Shown piece after piece: positions 10,910 to 27,126 of a stretch of DNA of 64,000 nt (the stretch's first letter is position 1; each line of letters begins with the position of its first letter). The notes beneath the pieces were generated by a model. That model searched no databases and was not told the origin of the DNA. It saw nothing but the letters and a program-made list of their open reading frames with translations. Source of the DNA: Anthoceros angustus. Its lineage: Eukaryota; Plantae; Anthocerotophyta. The translations under genes and the position numbers were made by a program. The stretch covers positions 310,001 to 374,000 of the forward strand of contig VJWM01000116.1 of assembly GCA_010909165.1 (NCBI GenBank). Direction: 5' to 3'.

Positions 10910-11278
10910 TTAAACTGGTCCCGCTGCTCTGCTTGTGCTTGCGCCTGCGTCGGAACTACACTGGTGGCTCCCATGAGAATCACAGCTTTCCGGTCTCTTC
11001 CCCTTCCCCGCATCCTCCCGCTCGTCGTCGCTGTCATCGCTGTCGAACCCGTGTTCTTTGTGAAACACGCAACACTTCTTGGAGCTCTTCTTGTTCAGGA
11101 GCTCGTTGTCCACTGTGCCTGCCTTCCACGACACCTTCTTGCTCCGGCGCGGAGCCAGCCTCAACGACACAACCTCCTCCCGCGTTTGCACAGCCGGCGG
11201 AATCGATGCGCCCGCGTCCGGAGCCTGGAGCGTGATCGTGCACGTCCCGGATCCGCTTCCTGACGCAGCTTGCGCCAT
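10910..11278 (-). CDS. INH3: Protein phosphatase 1 inhibitor-3 (Inh3/Ypi1/PPP1R11)
   Basis: RVxW-type KKVSW, followed by TVDNELLNKKSSKKCCVFHK and an acidic tract. Confidence 0.9.
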   Translation of the reverse strand: MAQAASGSGSGTCTITLQAPDAGASIPPAVQTREEVVSLRLAPRRSKKVSWKAGTVDNELLNKKSSKKCCVFHKEHGFDSDDSDDEREDAGKGKRPESCDSHGSHQCSSDAGASTSRAAGPV

Positions 11279-11397
11279 GCTCCCCACGCTCCCACCTGGA
11301 TAAAAGCGCAAAAGCGCAGATTAACTTGAAAGAGGCGGGGCCTGGCCGAACTAAGAGGGGTTTCCTTATCACCTTTCTTGGAAAGCTATTCTCGACG

Positions 11398-14300
11398 ATG
11401 GGAGGCCCTCCTGCCTGCCCTGTGACCGAGACGGCAGGGTATGGAGTTGCTAGCACGTCTCAGGCTCAGTGCTATCGGTTCTGGCACAAGCGCAGGAAGA
11501 ACATGTCATGTTGGAGGGATGTTAAGCTGCCTCGTAGGGTAACGACTGAGGCACATGGACGTGCTACTTCTGCGAAGCCCAACTTCACGAGCCTCGGGTA
11601 ATTAATTGGATGCTGCATATATAGAACATTCCGCTGGCTGATCAGAAAAGTTGTCTAATTTTTCAGGACTGTTGCTGAAATGATTATCTGCCAGGGCAGA
11701 TGGGAAGGCTCAAAATGTGAAGCTTTTGTGTGAGGAGGGAAGACTGGAAGAGGCTTTAGAGGTGCTGCAGCTCAAGGACCGAGAGGGTGTTGTGGCTTCT
11801 GTCGAAATTTACGGATGGCTGTTGCAGGGCTGCATGAAGAGGAAAGCTTTGGCTCAGGCCAGGAAAGTGCGTGCTCTGATTTGCAAGAACGGGCTGGAGT
11901 CAAACAGATCACTTGGCAATACTCTGGTGAACGTGTTTGTGCATTGTGGAAGCCTTTCGGATGCCGTCCAGGTTTTCAACAGATTGCCCAGACGGACTGC
12001 CCATTCATGGACTGCTCTCATTCTGGGGCACACCAAGAGGGGGCAATTCAAGGTGGCTCTCAGAATGTACCATCAAATGCAAGAGGAAGGTTTCAAGCCA
12101 AATAAGTTCTCTTTTGTGGGGGTTTTGAAGGCGTGCGCAAGCTTGCTAGACCTGCAAGAGGGCAGGCGCATCCATGCTGAGGTTACTAGAAGCAGGCTGC
12201 AGTCTGATTTGTTCGTGGGCACCACACTCGTGGACATGTATGCAAGTTGTGGGAGCATGGTGGATGCACGGCATGTGTTTGACACATTGCCTAGCCTTGA
12301 TGTGGTGACATGGAATGCCATGATCATTGGTTATGCGCAACAAGAACGAGGCGAGGAGGCTTTGCAACTCTTTGCCAAGATGCAGCAGGAACGTGTACAT
12401 CCAAATGATCGCACCTTTGTTAGCTTGCTTAGGGCATGTGGTAGTCTAGCATCCACTGAGAAGGAGACAGTGGTTAATGCCCAAATAGTCAAAATAAAGG
12501 CTCTCAAAAAGGGCAAGGAGATTCACGGTCAACTTGCTGCAATGGGCTATATGTCAGATCCGTTTGTGGGCAACAGTTTGGTTGACATGTATGCAAAGTG
12601 TGGGGATCTGCTTGAAGCGCGTCATGTTTTTGACAGTCTGCCCCAGCGTAATGCCGTAACATGGAATGCTATGATTACAGGATATGCTCAGCAGCAACAG
12701 GGCAAGAATGCTCTGCAACTGTTTGCCCAGATGAAGAGGGAAGAGGTCAAGCCAAATGATCGAACATTTGTTAGTGTTCTGAATGCATGTGGTAGCCTTG
12801 CTACAATGGAGGCGGAAATCACTTTAGAGGGGCAATCGGTGAAAGTCAATACACTGGAGCAGGGGAAGCAGATTCATGATGAAGTTGTTGAAGCAGGCTA
12901 CCATACAGACCCATTTGTTGGTAACACGCTTGTGGACATGTATGCAAAATGTGGAGATATGGTGGAAGCACGACGCGTGTTTGACAGTCTGCCTCATCGT
13001 GACGTAGTATCATGGACAGCAATGATAACTGGATATGCACAACAAGAACAGGGAACGAAGGCTTTGCAGCTCTTTGCAGAGATGCAAAAAGATAAGGATG
13101 TTCAGCCGAACAAACGCACATTTGTTGGTGTGCTGAAAGCCTGTTGCAGCCTGGCAACAGTGGAAGGAGATATGCTTGTGGATGGACAACCTAATGCTCT
13201 GCAGCCGGGAAGGGCAATTCATGCTGAAATTATTAGACAAGGTTATCAGACAGATACATTTGTGGGCAACACACTGGTTGCTATGTATGCCAAATTTGGA
13301 GACCTTATCAAAGCGAGGCAAGTGTTTGACACGTTACAGCACCACGATGTGGTGTCTTGGAGTGCAATGATCACAGGTTACACCAAGAGCGAGCATGGTG
13401 AGATGGCTTTCCAGCTATATGCCGAGATGCAGGAAGAGGGTGTGAAGCCAAACGATATTACTTTCATCTCGTTGTTGAAAGTTTGTGGCAGCATGGCGTC
13501 ACTCGAGGAGGATGCAATGGTGAAGGGCCAATTCTTAAAAACAGATTCCCTTGAGAAATGCAGGTTGATTCATTCAGAACTTCAAAGGCATGGTTATCAG
13601 TCTTCCCTGTTTGTCTGCAGTACACTCATCGACACGTATGCAAAGTGTGGGGACCTCATGAAAGCACGGGAGGTTTTTGACACATTACCCTCCAGGGATA
13701 TCGTGTGCTGGAATGCGATGATTGCCTCATATGGTCAGCAGAACCAGGGTGAGAAGGGCATGCAGCTGTATGTCAAGATGCAAGACGAGGGCATGAGGCG
13801 AGACGAGGCTACTTTCCTGTGCATCCTGAGGTTATGCAGCAGCGTGGGATCTCTGGAAATGTGCAGGCAGATCCATCAAGATATTTTGGGAAGTGGAATT
13901 GAGAAGAGATCTATTGTAGCAACCACTCTGATACACGCTTACGGCAAGTGTGGGAGTATGGTAGATGCACGGCGAGTATTCGACACCTTGTCTCTGCATG
14001 ACGTGTGGACATGGACCGCACTGGTCGCGGGATATGCCCGACAAGGGCAAGGGGAACTGAGCTTACAGTGCTTTGAGGACATGCAACAGGCAGGTGTCAA
14101 ACCAGACGCAGTCACATTTGTTTCTGTTCTTGCAGCCTGCAGTCATGCTGGGGCTGTCGACAAAGGCTTTCACTACTTCACATCCATGACGAGAGATCAC
14201 CATATCACTCCAACGCTCGAACACTATGCTAGCCTAGTTGATCTTCTCGGCCGTGCAGGACTATTCAGGGAGGCTGAAGACATCCTCGCCTCGATGCCAA

Positions 14301-14647
14301 TGCAGCCAAATGTGGCAATGTGGCTGGGTTTGCTGGGGGCCTGCAGGATGCATAACAACGTTGAGCTTGGCAAACGTGCCTTCCAGCACGCGGTGGATCT
14401 GGAGCCAAAACAACGGGCGGCGTATTTGTTGTTGTCCCAAATCTATGCTCAAGCTGGCATGTGGGAGCAGGCCAGGCATGTTGAGATGGTGGCAGGCAGC
14501 GCAGGTGCATGGAAGAGACCTGGCAGAAGTTGGATCGAGCAGGCAGGATGCGTTCATGCCTTCTCTGTCGGAGATAGAACCCATAAACAGAGTCAACAGC
14601 TTTTTGCACTGTTAGAGGACTTGAGCTCGCGAATGGAGGAGAAATGA
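11398..14647 (+). CDS. PLS-class PPR protein, ~23 motifs plus E1-E2-E+, no DYW domain; organellar RNA-editing specificity factor
   Basis: P-L-S triplets, P2-L2-S2, E1/E2 and PG box PGRSWIE. A probable short first exon (ATG 11398 or 11503 to 11597) splices in frame to 11695. The start is uncertain. Confidence 0.9.
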
Positions 14648-14961
14648 CCTGCTTATTCCCGCAACTGGGATGTCTTTCCAGAAGCTCGTTTGATGATATT
14701 CCCCTGTGAAAACTGACAATGCAATGCATCCATCTTTGCCAAACATGTCACTTCTTCTTGGTGATGACATCGCCGTGGTTCGGATGGCTGGGAGATCAAG
14801 CCACCGAGAACGTTAAAGCTGCCTATTAGCAAGGCGAGATATTGGAGGCTTGTCTTGGTGATGTGTCTTCTCCGACGCCAATCACCTAAAGTTGAAGAAG
14901 GCGGAGGGAGAAAAAGGACTCGCACTTTCTTCCTGCAGGTCATTCTTGGAGCGGCAAGAAG

Positions 14962-15744
14962 ATGGCGCACAGGAAGTGCCTGTCGTGTTGGGCGGCTTTG
15001 TTTCTGCTCTTGCTGGGGAGTGTGTACATTGCAGTGGCAGCTGCTCCAGGAGCCGAGCTTCCCTCTTGTCCTTTCCATGCGCTGGCAAGCCGCATTCAGG
15101 AGAGGGTGAGTAAGGCGTGGGAAGCTGTTGGGCAGCGGTTGTGGGGAGGATCTGCCCCCGAGCAGCAGCCGCAAGCTCATCCATGGCCGGAAGAGTTCAC
15201 CATCAGCTTCACCACCGATGGCGGGATCGCGGACGGGAAGATCCTCTACGACTGGGCCAACAAGAGGCAGCTCATCTGGCACGGCCCTGGTTCCACAGCC
15301 TGCGAGGGCTATGGCCTGCCGTCGGACCAGTCTTGCTCAATTCTGTTCAACCAGACCGGGATCTACGTCGACCTGCCGTACTTTGAGCAGTGCTGGCTGG
15401 AAACGCCTGGGGTGGGTACCGTCCCTCCCGATTGGACTGTGCAAGGGGAGTTCGAGGAGACCGAGCTGGTGAATGGAATTGGGTTCTGTGACAGATTCGT
15501 ATTTCCTCCCACTGCGCATTATTATTCTGAGACATCCGACGGGCGCCCCTGTGTCTTTGGGTTCCCATTGCCTGAGATGACGTACTACTTCCAGCCTGAT
15601 ACACAGATCCTCGAGGCTCCCACCGACGATGCCTTTGAGCTGCCTTCCTATTGCGTTGCAGGGAACCGCCCTCAGTTTCGCCCAGTTATGTCGTTTGCTA
15701 ACATGCATTCCGTCATCCCGGAAGGATCTCGGTCTCTTCTGTAA
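14962..15744 (+). CDS. Secreted ependymin-related (EPDR/LolA-fold-like) protein, intronless
   Basis: Signal peptide; PWPEEF...LYDWANKRQ, GTVPPDW and terminal DAFELPSYC with 6 Cys in the core. Resembles the EPDR and plant At4g14100-like pattern, from memory. Confidence 0.55.
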   Translation: MAHRKCLSCWAALFLLLLGSVYIAVAAAPGAELPSCPFHALASRIQERVSKAWEAVGQRLWGGSAPEQQPQAHPWPEEFTISFTTDGGIADGKILYDWANKRQLIWHGPGSTACEGYGLPSDQSCSILFNQTGIYVDLPYFEQCWLETPGVGTVPPDWTVQGEFEETELVNGIGFCDRFVFPPTAHYYSETSDGRPCVFGFPLPEMTYYFQPDTQILEAPTDDAFELPSYCVAGNRPQFRPVMSFANMHSVIPEGSRSLL

Positions 15745-15949
15745 CGTGTCTGAATTGGATGTAGAGGGGAGATGGACTTGCTCTTTCCTATGCTGCATCT
15801 TGTAAGCCAGAAATTGAAGTGCAAGATTGAACTGTACAACGTCCACGGGAGTACTGCTGTGGTAGCTTGTAGAGTCAACTCCTGGCTAGGTCTTCTAGAG
15901 AATGCGTTAACTGCAGCCAAATGTGTGTATAGCCTCTGGCTGGCATCAA

Positions 15950-16860
15950 TCAAGTAGAAGTTGGTAGTAAAGCAGCCGCCACTAGTCTGCCCTCTTCGTT
16001 GAGGAAATTGAAAGTGGATGCGGCGTTTCTCTGCATGAGCATTTGCTGGTCAGTAACAAGCAAACCCTTGTTTGAAAGCTGAATGTGGAATCCTAGGAAC
16101 ATACCGAGTCCACTGCCTCCAGCTTGATGCCATTGGCACGCAGGAAAGCCTTCACATCTTCCCCAACCCTTTGGATGGATTTCCCGCACCCGAGGACAAG
16201 GATTTCTGCAACATGCAAGCCAGGCCAGGCACCTTGAGAACCTTCCGTTCTGGGTGATGGACCAACGTAAAAAATGTGAAGAAGTATACGAGAGTTCTCG
16301 CCTGGTGCAGGCCGCAATAGCTGGAACAATGAGAAGCTGCGGCAGAGAGCCAGCCATTAGAGTGCAGCCTAATTGCAACAGAGACCGGAGGAAACAGGAG
16401 CTGCAATTCACCTATCAGGAGTGAGGTCCCGAACCGACTTGGGACTCCACTCAAGAACCAAGCTGGACAGACACACCACAGCCCCTTTGTAGACGGTCCC
16501 ATTCACCTGAAACCCTGTCTCATCGTACCTGCATCAGCAACCAAAGCATGAATCATCCACCATCTGAAAGAACCCAGCAGCGAGAGCACTCACGGATGCC
16601 ACACACTCACAAGGGTGAGGCATTGGTACCCCTGTATCAGCACACGCTGGGCTGCTTCTGCAGTTCCCTGAAACACATCCACATCTTCATAGAAGGACGA
16701 GGCAGCTCTGCACGCAACCCACCATCGTCATCCTCGTTTCCCCAGATCAGGACATCACCGGTACCACACGACACGAATCCGGCACACACCTGAGCGGCAC
16801 AAAGAACTGGCCCGGCACAAGCGCTCGCCTCAGTGCGCTGCCCACCAGCGCCTTTGCCAT
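15950..16860 (-). CDS. NDUFAF3: Mth938/DUF498-domain mitochondrial complex I assembly factor, multi-exon
   Basis: Exons encode MAKALVGSALRR (presequence), YDETGFQVNG, EILVLGCGKSIQRV...GIKLEAVD and NAASTFNFLNEEGRLVAAALLP. Confidence 0.88.
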
Positions 16861-17272
16861 GGTCTGCCTCACCCCGTGCATCATCTCGTCACACACTCGC
16901 TAGCCTGTGCCTTTACCTTTCCAAATGCAGCAGCACAAACAGCCCTTAACCCGAAAGCCCTACAAGATCCAACAGCATCCCTCCTCGCGGAAACCACGCT
17001 GCTCGTCTCCCTCTCCCAATTCAGAATCTGCATCTTCACAACTCGTTCTGGGTCCCGGATAAGCGGGCTTGTCCAAAATGGTAAAACTGGGTCCGAAAGA
17101 AGAAAAGCTTGCCATCCCCAACAGCCATGTCTCTTGCGGAGGGTGAGAATTCCAAGGGCCCAGATGGCCGCAGGCTACAAATACGACTTGGGTTGAGGCG
17201 TTAGCGATGAGAGCTCTCTTCTGTTGCTGCTCCGTCGTCTACTGCTGGGCTGGAGCTGGAGCTGCACCCACC

Positions 17273-18384
17273 ATGGCTGCGGCCCTCATCCCCCATGTTG
17301 GGCCAGTGGTGGATGCTCGCGCACTCTCTCCTTGCTCGTCCTGTCCGAGATGCAGCTGGGCGCAGTGGGCTGCGCCCTTGAGGGTGCTCCGGCACCGGCT
17401 AGAGCGGGTCCGGGGCGCCATCAGCAGCTACGAGCAGGAGCCCGCGGCCCTGGCTTCCCGCGCAGCATCCCAGCGAGGAGGGTGGCGGATGGATAACATG
17501 CTGGCTGCGGGAGAGACGGTAATTGTTGTCCTCGGGGCAGCTTCCCAGGTGACGTCCCATTTCCGTCTCCACACATCCTCAGCCTCCACCTTGGAGCCTG
17601 CGGTGTGCGCCAGGCAGCAAAGGTTCTCCTCGCTGCAGATTCTGCTGCTCTGGGCTGCGGTTTTGGTGAATGCGATTGCGAGAGTGAGAGCACGGCAGGG
17701 AAGCAGCTCGGGAGTGGCGGAGGCGGGGCTGGAGGGGCCTCGGGGCCCCGAGGGCTCGTTGCAGCTGGCCAAGAGGGTGGCGAGCCTGGAGCAGGACCTG
17801 CGGGGGTCCTTGGTCCTGACCCGCGGGGTGTCCCGGCAGCTGGCCAAGCTTGGGATTCGCGTGCGGGCGACGCGGCAGACGTTACGCGATCCGATTCAGG
17901 CGGTGAGTTCGTGTTGTGGGGTCGCATTGTTTTGGAGGAGACGTGACACCGTTGTTTGCCTGCTCAGAGTGCGGCAGTGGCCAGGATCACTTCTGAAGCT
18001 GTGAGTGCTGTGGCGTCTCGGCAAGACTTGTTGGAGGCCCAGCTCCAGGGAGTGGAGGAAGTTCTGGTAGCTATGCAGGTAGTAGTGTTTCTGGGATTGG
18101 GGTGTTTCTGTTCTTGTCATGCCCTTAAGCTGAGAGCTCTCCCTGCATCGTTCTTGACTGCAGGATCAGCAAGGGAAGCTGTTTCAGCTGCTGGGCTTGG
18201 CCCTCAAGAGAAACAATGCCACTGAGCAGGAACATTTGAAGACAGGTATTGTTTCCTTCTCAATTGGCAAAGGCAACGTCGAGGCATGGGATGTGCAGGA
18301 GCTTCAGTTTAGCTGAGACATGTGATCTTTTTGGTGTCTTCAGGTTCGACGAGGCCGAAGGTCTCCATCACCCTGCCTGACTGA
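17273..18384 (+). CDS. Conserved uncharacterised plastid-targeted membrane/coiled-coil protein (At5g65250-like), multi-exon
   Basis: Transit-like N-terminus, hydrophobic segment, then SRQLAKLGIRVRATRQTLRDPI...QDLLEAQLQGVEEVLVAMQ-DQQGK. The 3' end is tentative. Confidence 0.65.
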
Positions 18385-18952
18385 CGACGGAAGGGGTCGT
18401 GATTGTCACCTTTGAGCGTTATAATCGCTTCTTCATGATTCGAAATTGTGACCAGGACCATAGCAGATTGAATGCGGTAAGGGGATCACAGCCGTTGCAG
18501 TGGGTCTCAGCGTTAGCCAGCCTGAGCGTGAGCCAGCGTGATGAAGCGTGAGCCAGCGTGAGCGTGAGCCAGCGCTTCATTTAGAAGCAGGCCGGTTTTG
18601 TTGCATGTGGACTAACGATAGTCTTTTTTCAGGCCGAATTGCAGGATTCCGCCATAGCTCGTCTCGAAGTGGATACTCACAACCGAAAGCTCGTCTACAA
18701 CCTTGGCGAAGTGTGCCACTAAACCGAGTGGCACGCACGTTACATTGCAATCAGTGCAGAAACCATCATAATTGCTGGTCATTCTATTACGCATATTTAC
18801 ACAGTGAAATGTCCGTCATGTTGAAGAGACTGAACCCGGAAGTTCTCATCCTCAACAGAATCACGTTCGTTACCTCTAATGTTCAAATCATCCCCCCCTC
18901 GACCACCATCAGCTTTGGCTGGAATGACACCAGGAAGAGAATTAGAGAAGAG

Positions 18953-21411
<2,459 letters not shown>

Positions 21412-22671
21412 CCTGAGCCTCCATAAAATCGATCTATCCCTCCTCCTTCAAACCCTCGCAACGTCCAGGCTGCTGGGCCAGTCACCTCAAGCCTTGCGGG
21501 AAAAATTTCAGTACTTAGGGTTTCTGTACTTTATAAGTGATTATTGCCAATCTTTCAACTCACTTCACCCAACTTACATACTCATGCACATGTAGGTACA
21601 TAGAGTCGACCCTCGCTAATCTTGAACTCGGTAGTTGGGATCCCTATGTTACTGGCACCTCTGATCTCACTCCCTTCAAAGCATACAGAAAAACAAATGG
21701 GATAATGTTTTTAATAATTGGACAATGGATCCAAGCTGCCAAATCCCATTATGCAGGCGACATATTTTTGTGGGAGCCCAAATACTTGCCTCAGTCTCTA
21801 TTCGAGACTATTGGGCGTTCTGGCGTTAATGGCGATTAGAGAGGATTCTAGCTTGTAAGCAGCTAAGGCAGAAATATAAGGGATTATTCTAAGTGAAACC
21901 TATCTATTCAAACCCTATTTTCCTCTTTTTTGAATCTTAAATTTTAAATACTTACTCGTTATAAATTCTGAAAATCTCAAGTTGGGCCACCTCTCGTCCC
22001 TTTTAAAACCGCTCCCATTTAGGTAGTCCCACCCGGGGAGGGTGGACGGTACATTGATGATTCGGTTCAATTCCACCCGGCGGTTACTTAGGCTTCACAA
22101 GGAAATTTTTGAGGTGCGGACTGAGAGCCGAGAGCTATGAGCTAAAGTCCAAAGAACGAACTAACGTTTTGCTAACCAAAACCTGCTCACAGCGTGCACC
22201 GCTGGGCAACTGCACGAGGGGACCAGGAAATATCGGCACCACCAATCTGCCTAGGATCTCAGGCCTACGCTTATTACAATCCACGGTGAGCCGGTACATT
22301 CGGTATAATTAGCCCCTTCTACTGCGCTTCCCAGCAAGTCTTCTACCAAAGGGAATGTTCGCAAATAATTAGAAAGCGCTATCACGGACACAAACACTCT
22401 GATACCGAAATCTGCCAAGGTTGTGGAAAGGTAAGGCTCGTGGAAAGGCTCGTTGCTAGTTCCAACTCCGCCTCCTACTGAAGGTGGCAAGGCGGTCAGG
22501 GAAACCTGTAGCGGCATCCCAACTGACGTTGGATATCTGAACAACACTGGAGCCAAGGGCGGGGGTGTACTCTCCGTGCTCAAAATCCTGTGCATAGACA
22601 GCAGCCATCTACAAGGCTTGAAGAAAGCACCCCCTGATGCTGTCAAAACTGACGTCCACCGGCAATAAATC

Positions 22672-25600
22672 TTAAGTTTCCTCAACAACTGGTGGGGCTC
22701 CGAAGATACGCAGATTTCGGTCATTTGTCCCGACCGTCAAGTATGAAGCATCGGGGCCAAATCGAACAGACGTCACTTTACCTGTACAGTATATGAAGGC
22801 GTCGTCAGCGACAGCTGCTTTATATGAAGGAGTACGTGAATGAGGTGGCCCACAGTACCTGTTCCTGAGATGTCCGGAAACGTCCTCACAGTGTTCCACT
22901 CTTGCTTGACGCTACCAACTTGGAAGACCCTGCTCCCGTAATACAAATCCGTAAGCACAATATGACACCGCCAACTCTAAGCAACAGAAGCCAACCCATC
23001 ACCGTCAAATACCTGATATCTGACCCAGCAATGGCTAGATAATTCCCACTAAAATCGAACTCCACTGCATGCAACAATAAAGCAGGAGTTAGACAAGACC
23101 AGGGCTCCAGACTAAAAGCCATCCAGCAGTGCTCAACACCCTACAAGCAGTAGACCTGAGGCCGAAATCCAAAAGTGCCAGTACCACGTACCCGTGTTTG
23201 TTGGCGTGTTCGAATCGTAAGGAGAAAATGAACGAAAATTCTTGAGCTTACGTAAGTCCCACAATCTTACACCATCGATGGCAGAAGTCTGAGACACCAA
23301 GTTATACATGAGTCCACACATTCCACCTTCCTGCAGGCATAAAGCTATCCACAGGAAGAGATGCTTGGGGGAATGCTTACTGCAAGGAAGTAGCCATTTT
23401 CCGAGAAAGAAATGTCTGTCACTGGTCCTTTGTGGCCCTCAAACTTGGCCACATTTGACTGCATATGAGACACATGCAAACAGATAAATATGGTTAGTTT
23501 TCAAAGCCTACAGCCACGATCATGTAAGGGGACCCCTTCATTACACTGTTGAGCCGTACCCACCAAAGAGAATCACCAACAGAACAACCGGACTCAGAAC
23601 ATGCCTGAGTCTTAACAACCAAATGCCCAAAAAGAAGGGGACCCAAGACATGCCTGAGATTTAACATCCCAAATGCGGACAAGCGATTCTGCAGTTCCAG
23701 TCCCCAAAATCAGGCCATCTGGATGAAAAGCAGCACAGGTGTACCCCTCCTGCACTGTAGGTTCACTGACCTGCAAATTGAGCAGATAAAGTACCGGAAC
23801 AGGTATTTAATACATAGCGATGGCATTCCTTCTCCAGAAACGCCTTGGATGGAAACAGGTACAGAACAACTGACAGGAGGGAGTGTAGAACCTGAGCCAG
23901 GCAGAGACCAGATGAAAGGTCATAAAATGCCCAAGTCTTATCAGCCGATGCAGATACGAAATAGTGTTGTGTCGCATGCAGTGTAACAGCCCGAACCTGA
24001 GACGCAAAAGCACACAACAGTCTTCAGCTGGCGCAGTTAGTATGTTGTAAAAAGACTCAACTTGAAAAGAAAATATTTATTGCATGCTAACTAAAATTGA
24101 CCAGCCAGGGTGTATAAGCACCCAATATAAGACAAAAAACCTCATTGGTATGATCTTCCAGTGTGTGCTTGCAGTTGTATGAGCCGTCTTCCCTACTTTG
24201 CCAGATCTTCACAGTCTATAGACAAGAACAAAGAACGGCTTACCACCTGAAATATCTGAACTTGCAAAATAGGTCCTTGATTGAGACACTTAGCAGCATG
24301 CACCTGATCAGCAGAGCCTGTCAAGACAAGGTCGTCTCCAGGCACAAATTTGACACTTGTAACCTGCATCGCGTAGAATTGTTGGTCAGTAATATCACTC
24401 GGAAACTCACACACAACATAACCTTTTCAGCACAGATAATTGAGAGCTGAATTCGATCAATCGTACTCTTTTGCTGTGACCAGCCAGAGTGGCTAAGATT
24501 TCTCCAGCAGCGCGGTTGAAAACGACAGCAGTCGAGTCTACCCCTCCAGTCAGGATCAGATCCTGAGACCAATTAGCCACAGAACACCAAGCGTGAGAAG
24601 CTGCTGGATAGGAGGAGACTAAACAGGCAATCAGCCACCAAATCTTCAGCCTACCTTGGAAGGATGGATATCGGTGGACAGTATTCCAGGCTTCACAGTC
24701 TTATGAAGAGGATGGCTTGAAATCTGAGTATACTTTTCCAGTGCCTCCACCGTGGCCAGCGACGGTGAGATCTGCTTGACCAAGAAGATAACTGTTCATG
24801 ATCTAGCCTCACATCATACCATTCTCTATTGCAAGAAAGGTAACAAAACCCGGACAGGTACTGGGGCGCATACAAAACCTGGCGCTTTTTTCGTTGTCCA
24901 GAAAGTTTTGCATTGCATTCCGTAAGCTCCTTGATCATGTCAGCACTGATTCCCTGCCTGGCTTTCTTACCAGGAGCAGCCGGCTCTGCATCTGCCTCTG
25001 CAGCTGCATGTGGGCGATTGTATGAGTAGAGTGACCACACATACACATCAAGAATAACAATGGTGAAGACTCTCAACAACACATAGGAACCAAAAAAGCA
25101 AAAAATGATCAAGGCAAAAGGGTTTGAAATGTGAGATGAGTCTGAACTGACACACCTCTCTTTCCATTGCTTACAGCAACTGCACCAGAAGTTGCAGATG
25201 GCAGTCCAGCTGGTAGCTGTGTTCTCGTCTGATTCGACAATGCTCTTGCCTCGTCCCTCTCCTTCTTCAATGTAGCAATCACTCGACATGCTGCATCGTG
25301 CTGTTGGAGTACAATACCGTGATCAGCCTGCAGCCTTTATAAAAGAGAATTGTCACCAACCGCTACCACACAAAGTACCTGGTAAAGAGCATGACTCAGC
25401 TCCTGCCTCGCAGTATGCAGCTGCTGCTCAAGAGCATAATTGGACAAGACCACTGCGTCCCATTCCTACATGGCCACAGTGCTGGTACGCTCAGCTACAC
25501 AACCAGCTGGCCTCCCACCCTTGTCGCCCCTAATGGGGAGTCCACAATTGGCACATTTTACATTTCGATGCTTACATTTTGAAAAAGACCGAGCATTCCA

Positions 25601-26301
25601 GGTATGCTTGCAGCTTGTAAGGGCCTAGGTTTCACGGCCTGCAATTAAAAGCACCAAACTGCACGTATGAGACCAGAACTGGTACCCGTTCGCCAACGAC
25701 CCAGCTCAGATTTTCAGCCAAGCATAAGGCTCGTACTCTGTTGGTCTTCACGGGCAAAAGATCTTCAATGGAGAGAGTCTCTTTGGTGATAGGACAGGTT
25801 CCATGATCCTGCAAATACACACAACACCTCAGCCAGTCCCCAATCCTCACCGCCATGTCGTCAAAAAGGGGCCCTTCCGAACCAGAAGCCAACAGCTAAA
25901 CACGTTCAACGCAGCCTCTGCAATCCGAAAGCTCCAGTAACCTACAGCGAGATACTTCTCGATCAACCGTCTCTCGAACAGCAGTCCCGACTTTCTTGAT
26001 ACAACAGGATCCTCGGGCGTGACTCCAGATACTGTCATATACGCAACACGCCCAATCCTCGTTAACAGCACTTCTCGACTCTCAACCAACACACAAGAGG
26101 TCGACAAAGTGACCTCCACCAGACGGTCCGCAGACAAGATAAAACAGTCCATTCCAGGTGCTAGCACCATAATGTTCACAGAAACTCCCAGACTCCGTAA
26201 GAACATTTTCCAAGCTCCAGGCGTCCAAAACCGAGCCAGAGCGGAAGAAATTGAGAGCAAACTACTCTTGTCTGGCAGCTGGACCCACTTGCGCAAAACA
26301 T
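22672..26301 (-). CDS. PRP19: PRP19/MAC3 U-box WD40 splicing factor, multi-exon
   Basis: Spliced [44 protein letters not shown], and WD repeats ([34 protein letters not shown]). Confidence 0.95.
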
Positions 26302-27126
26302 GTTGGCCAGCGGCTGCTGCCACTTCGCCTGTGCTGCAACTGTCCAGGACGTCCTCCACGCTCCGAGGCAAAGGCGAGCACAAATGCCCTACTCCGGCTG
26401 CTACACTCCTACTGCCCTGCGGTGTCCAGGACGGGGTCCCTGCTCCGAGGCAGGGGAATGTAGGAATGCCCTACTCCAGCTGCCGCCACGGTCCTTACTC
26501 GCTCCTCGCGCCAAAGCCACCAATTCAACGGACAGAAGTGGATGGTACCTAATCAAACCGATGACCTAGTCTATATAGCTTTCCCCTCGCAACCACGTTC
26601 AAGCAGTAAAACGAGCAAAATGTGATAATAACTAAAGAGCTCAGGTTTTTACGAACGAAGACCTAAAAATTATTTTCTGTCTCCGAGCAGGTTTGAGTCC
26701 GGATACTTTGGCATGATGCGTCCATGTTGCTTTCTCTCTCACGATTCAGTTTTGACTGGTGATAAAAGACGTGGAACTCTCTAGTATGAACTTGGCGGCG
26801 GGACGAGTTATGAATATTTTGTATATTTGATTAATATACTTATATAGGTATATAAAATATATCTTTGAGTTGTTTACCCATGCTTCTGGCCGGCTGGTTG
26901 CATTATCATGTTCTCCTTAGCTCACTATTTCCACTCACCTTCCTTTTATTTGCCCATGTTTTAAGGCAAAAACATATTTAAAGCTAGATCAAAGTTAATA
27001 AGTTAAGATTCGCACACTATTGCGTTTTTCTTCTTCTGGCATGCTTGATTCTTGGTTGGTTGTACCCCTCTCGACTTCATAGTGTTTGAAAGCACTTCCA
27101 ACTTATGGCGTCTACGTGGAGCAAAA

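Noticed and set aside
14648-14900. Remnant DYW domain downstream of the PPR genes (also checked after 36257)
   Set aside because: No HSE/HxE, CxxC or terminal DYW-like sequence in any frame.
22064-22074. GGTTCAATTCC B-box-like motif (tRNA or SINE)
   Set aside because: No A-box at proper spacing and no cloverleaf.
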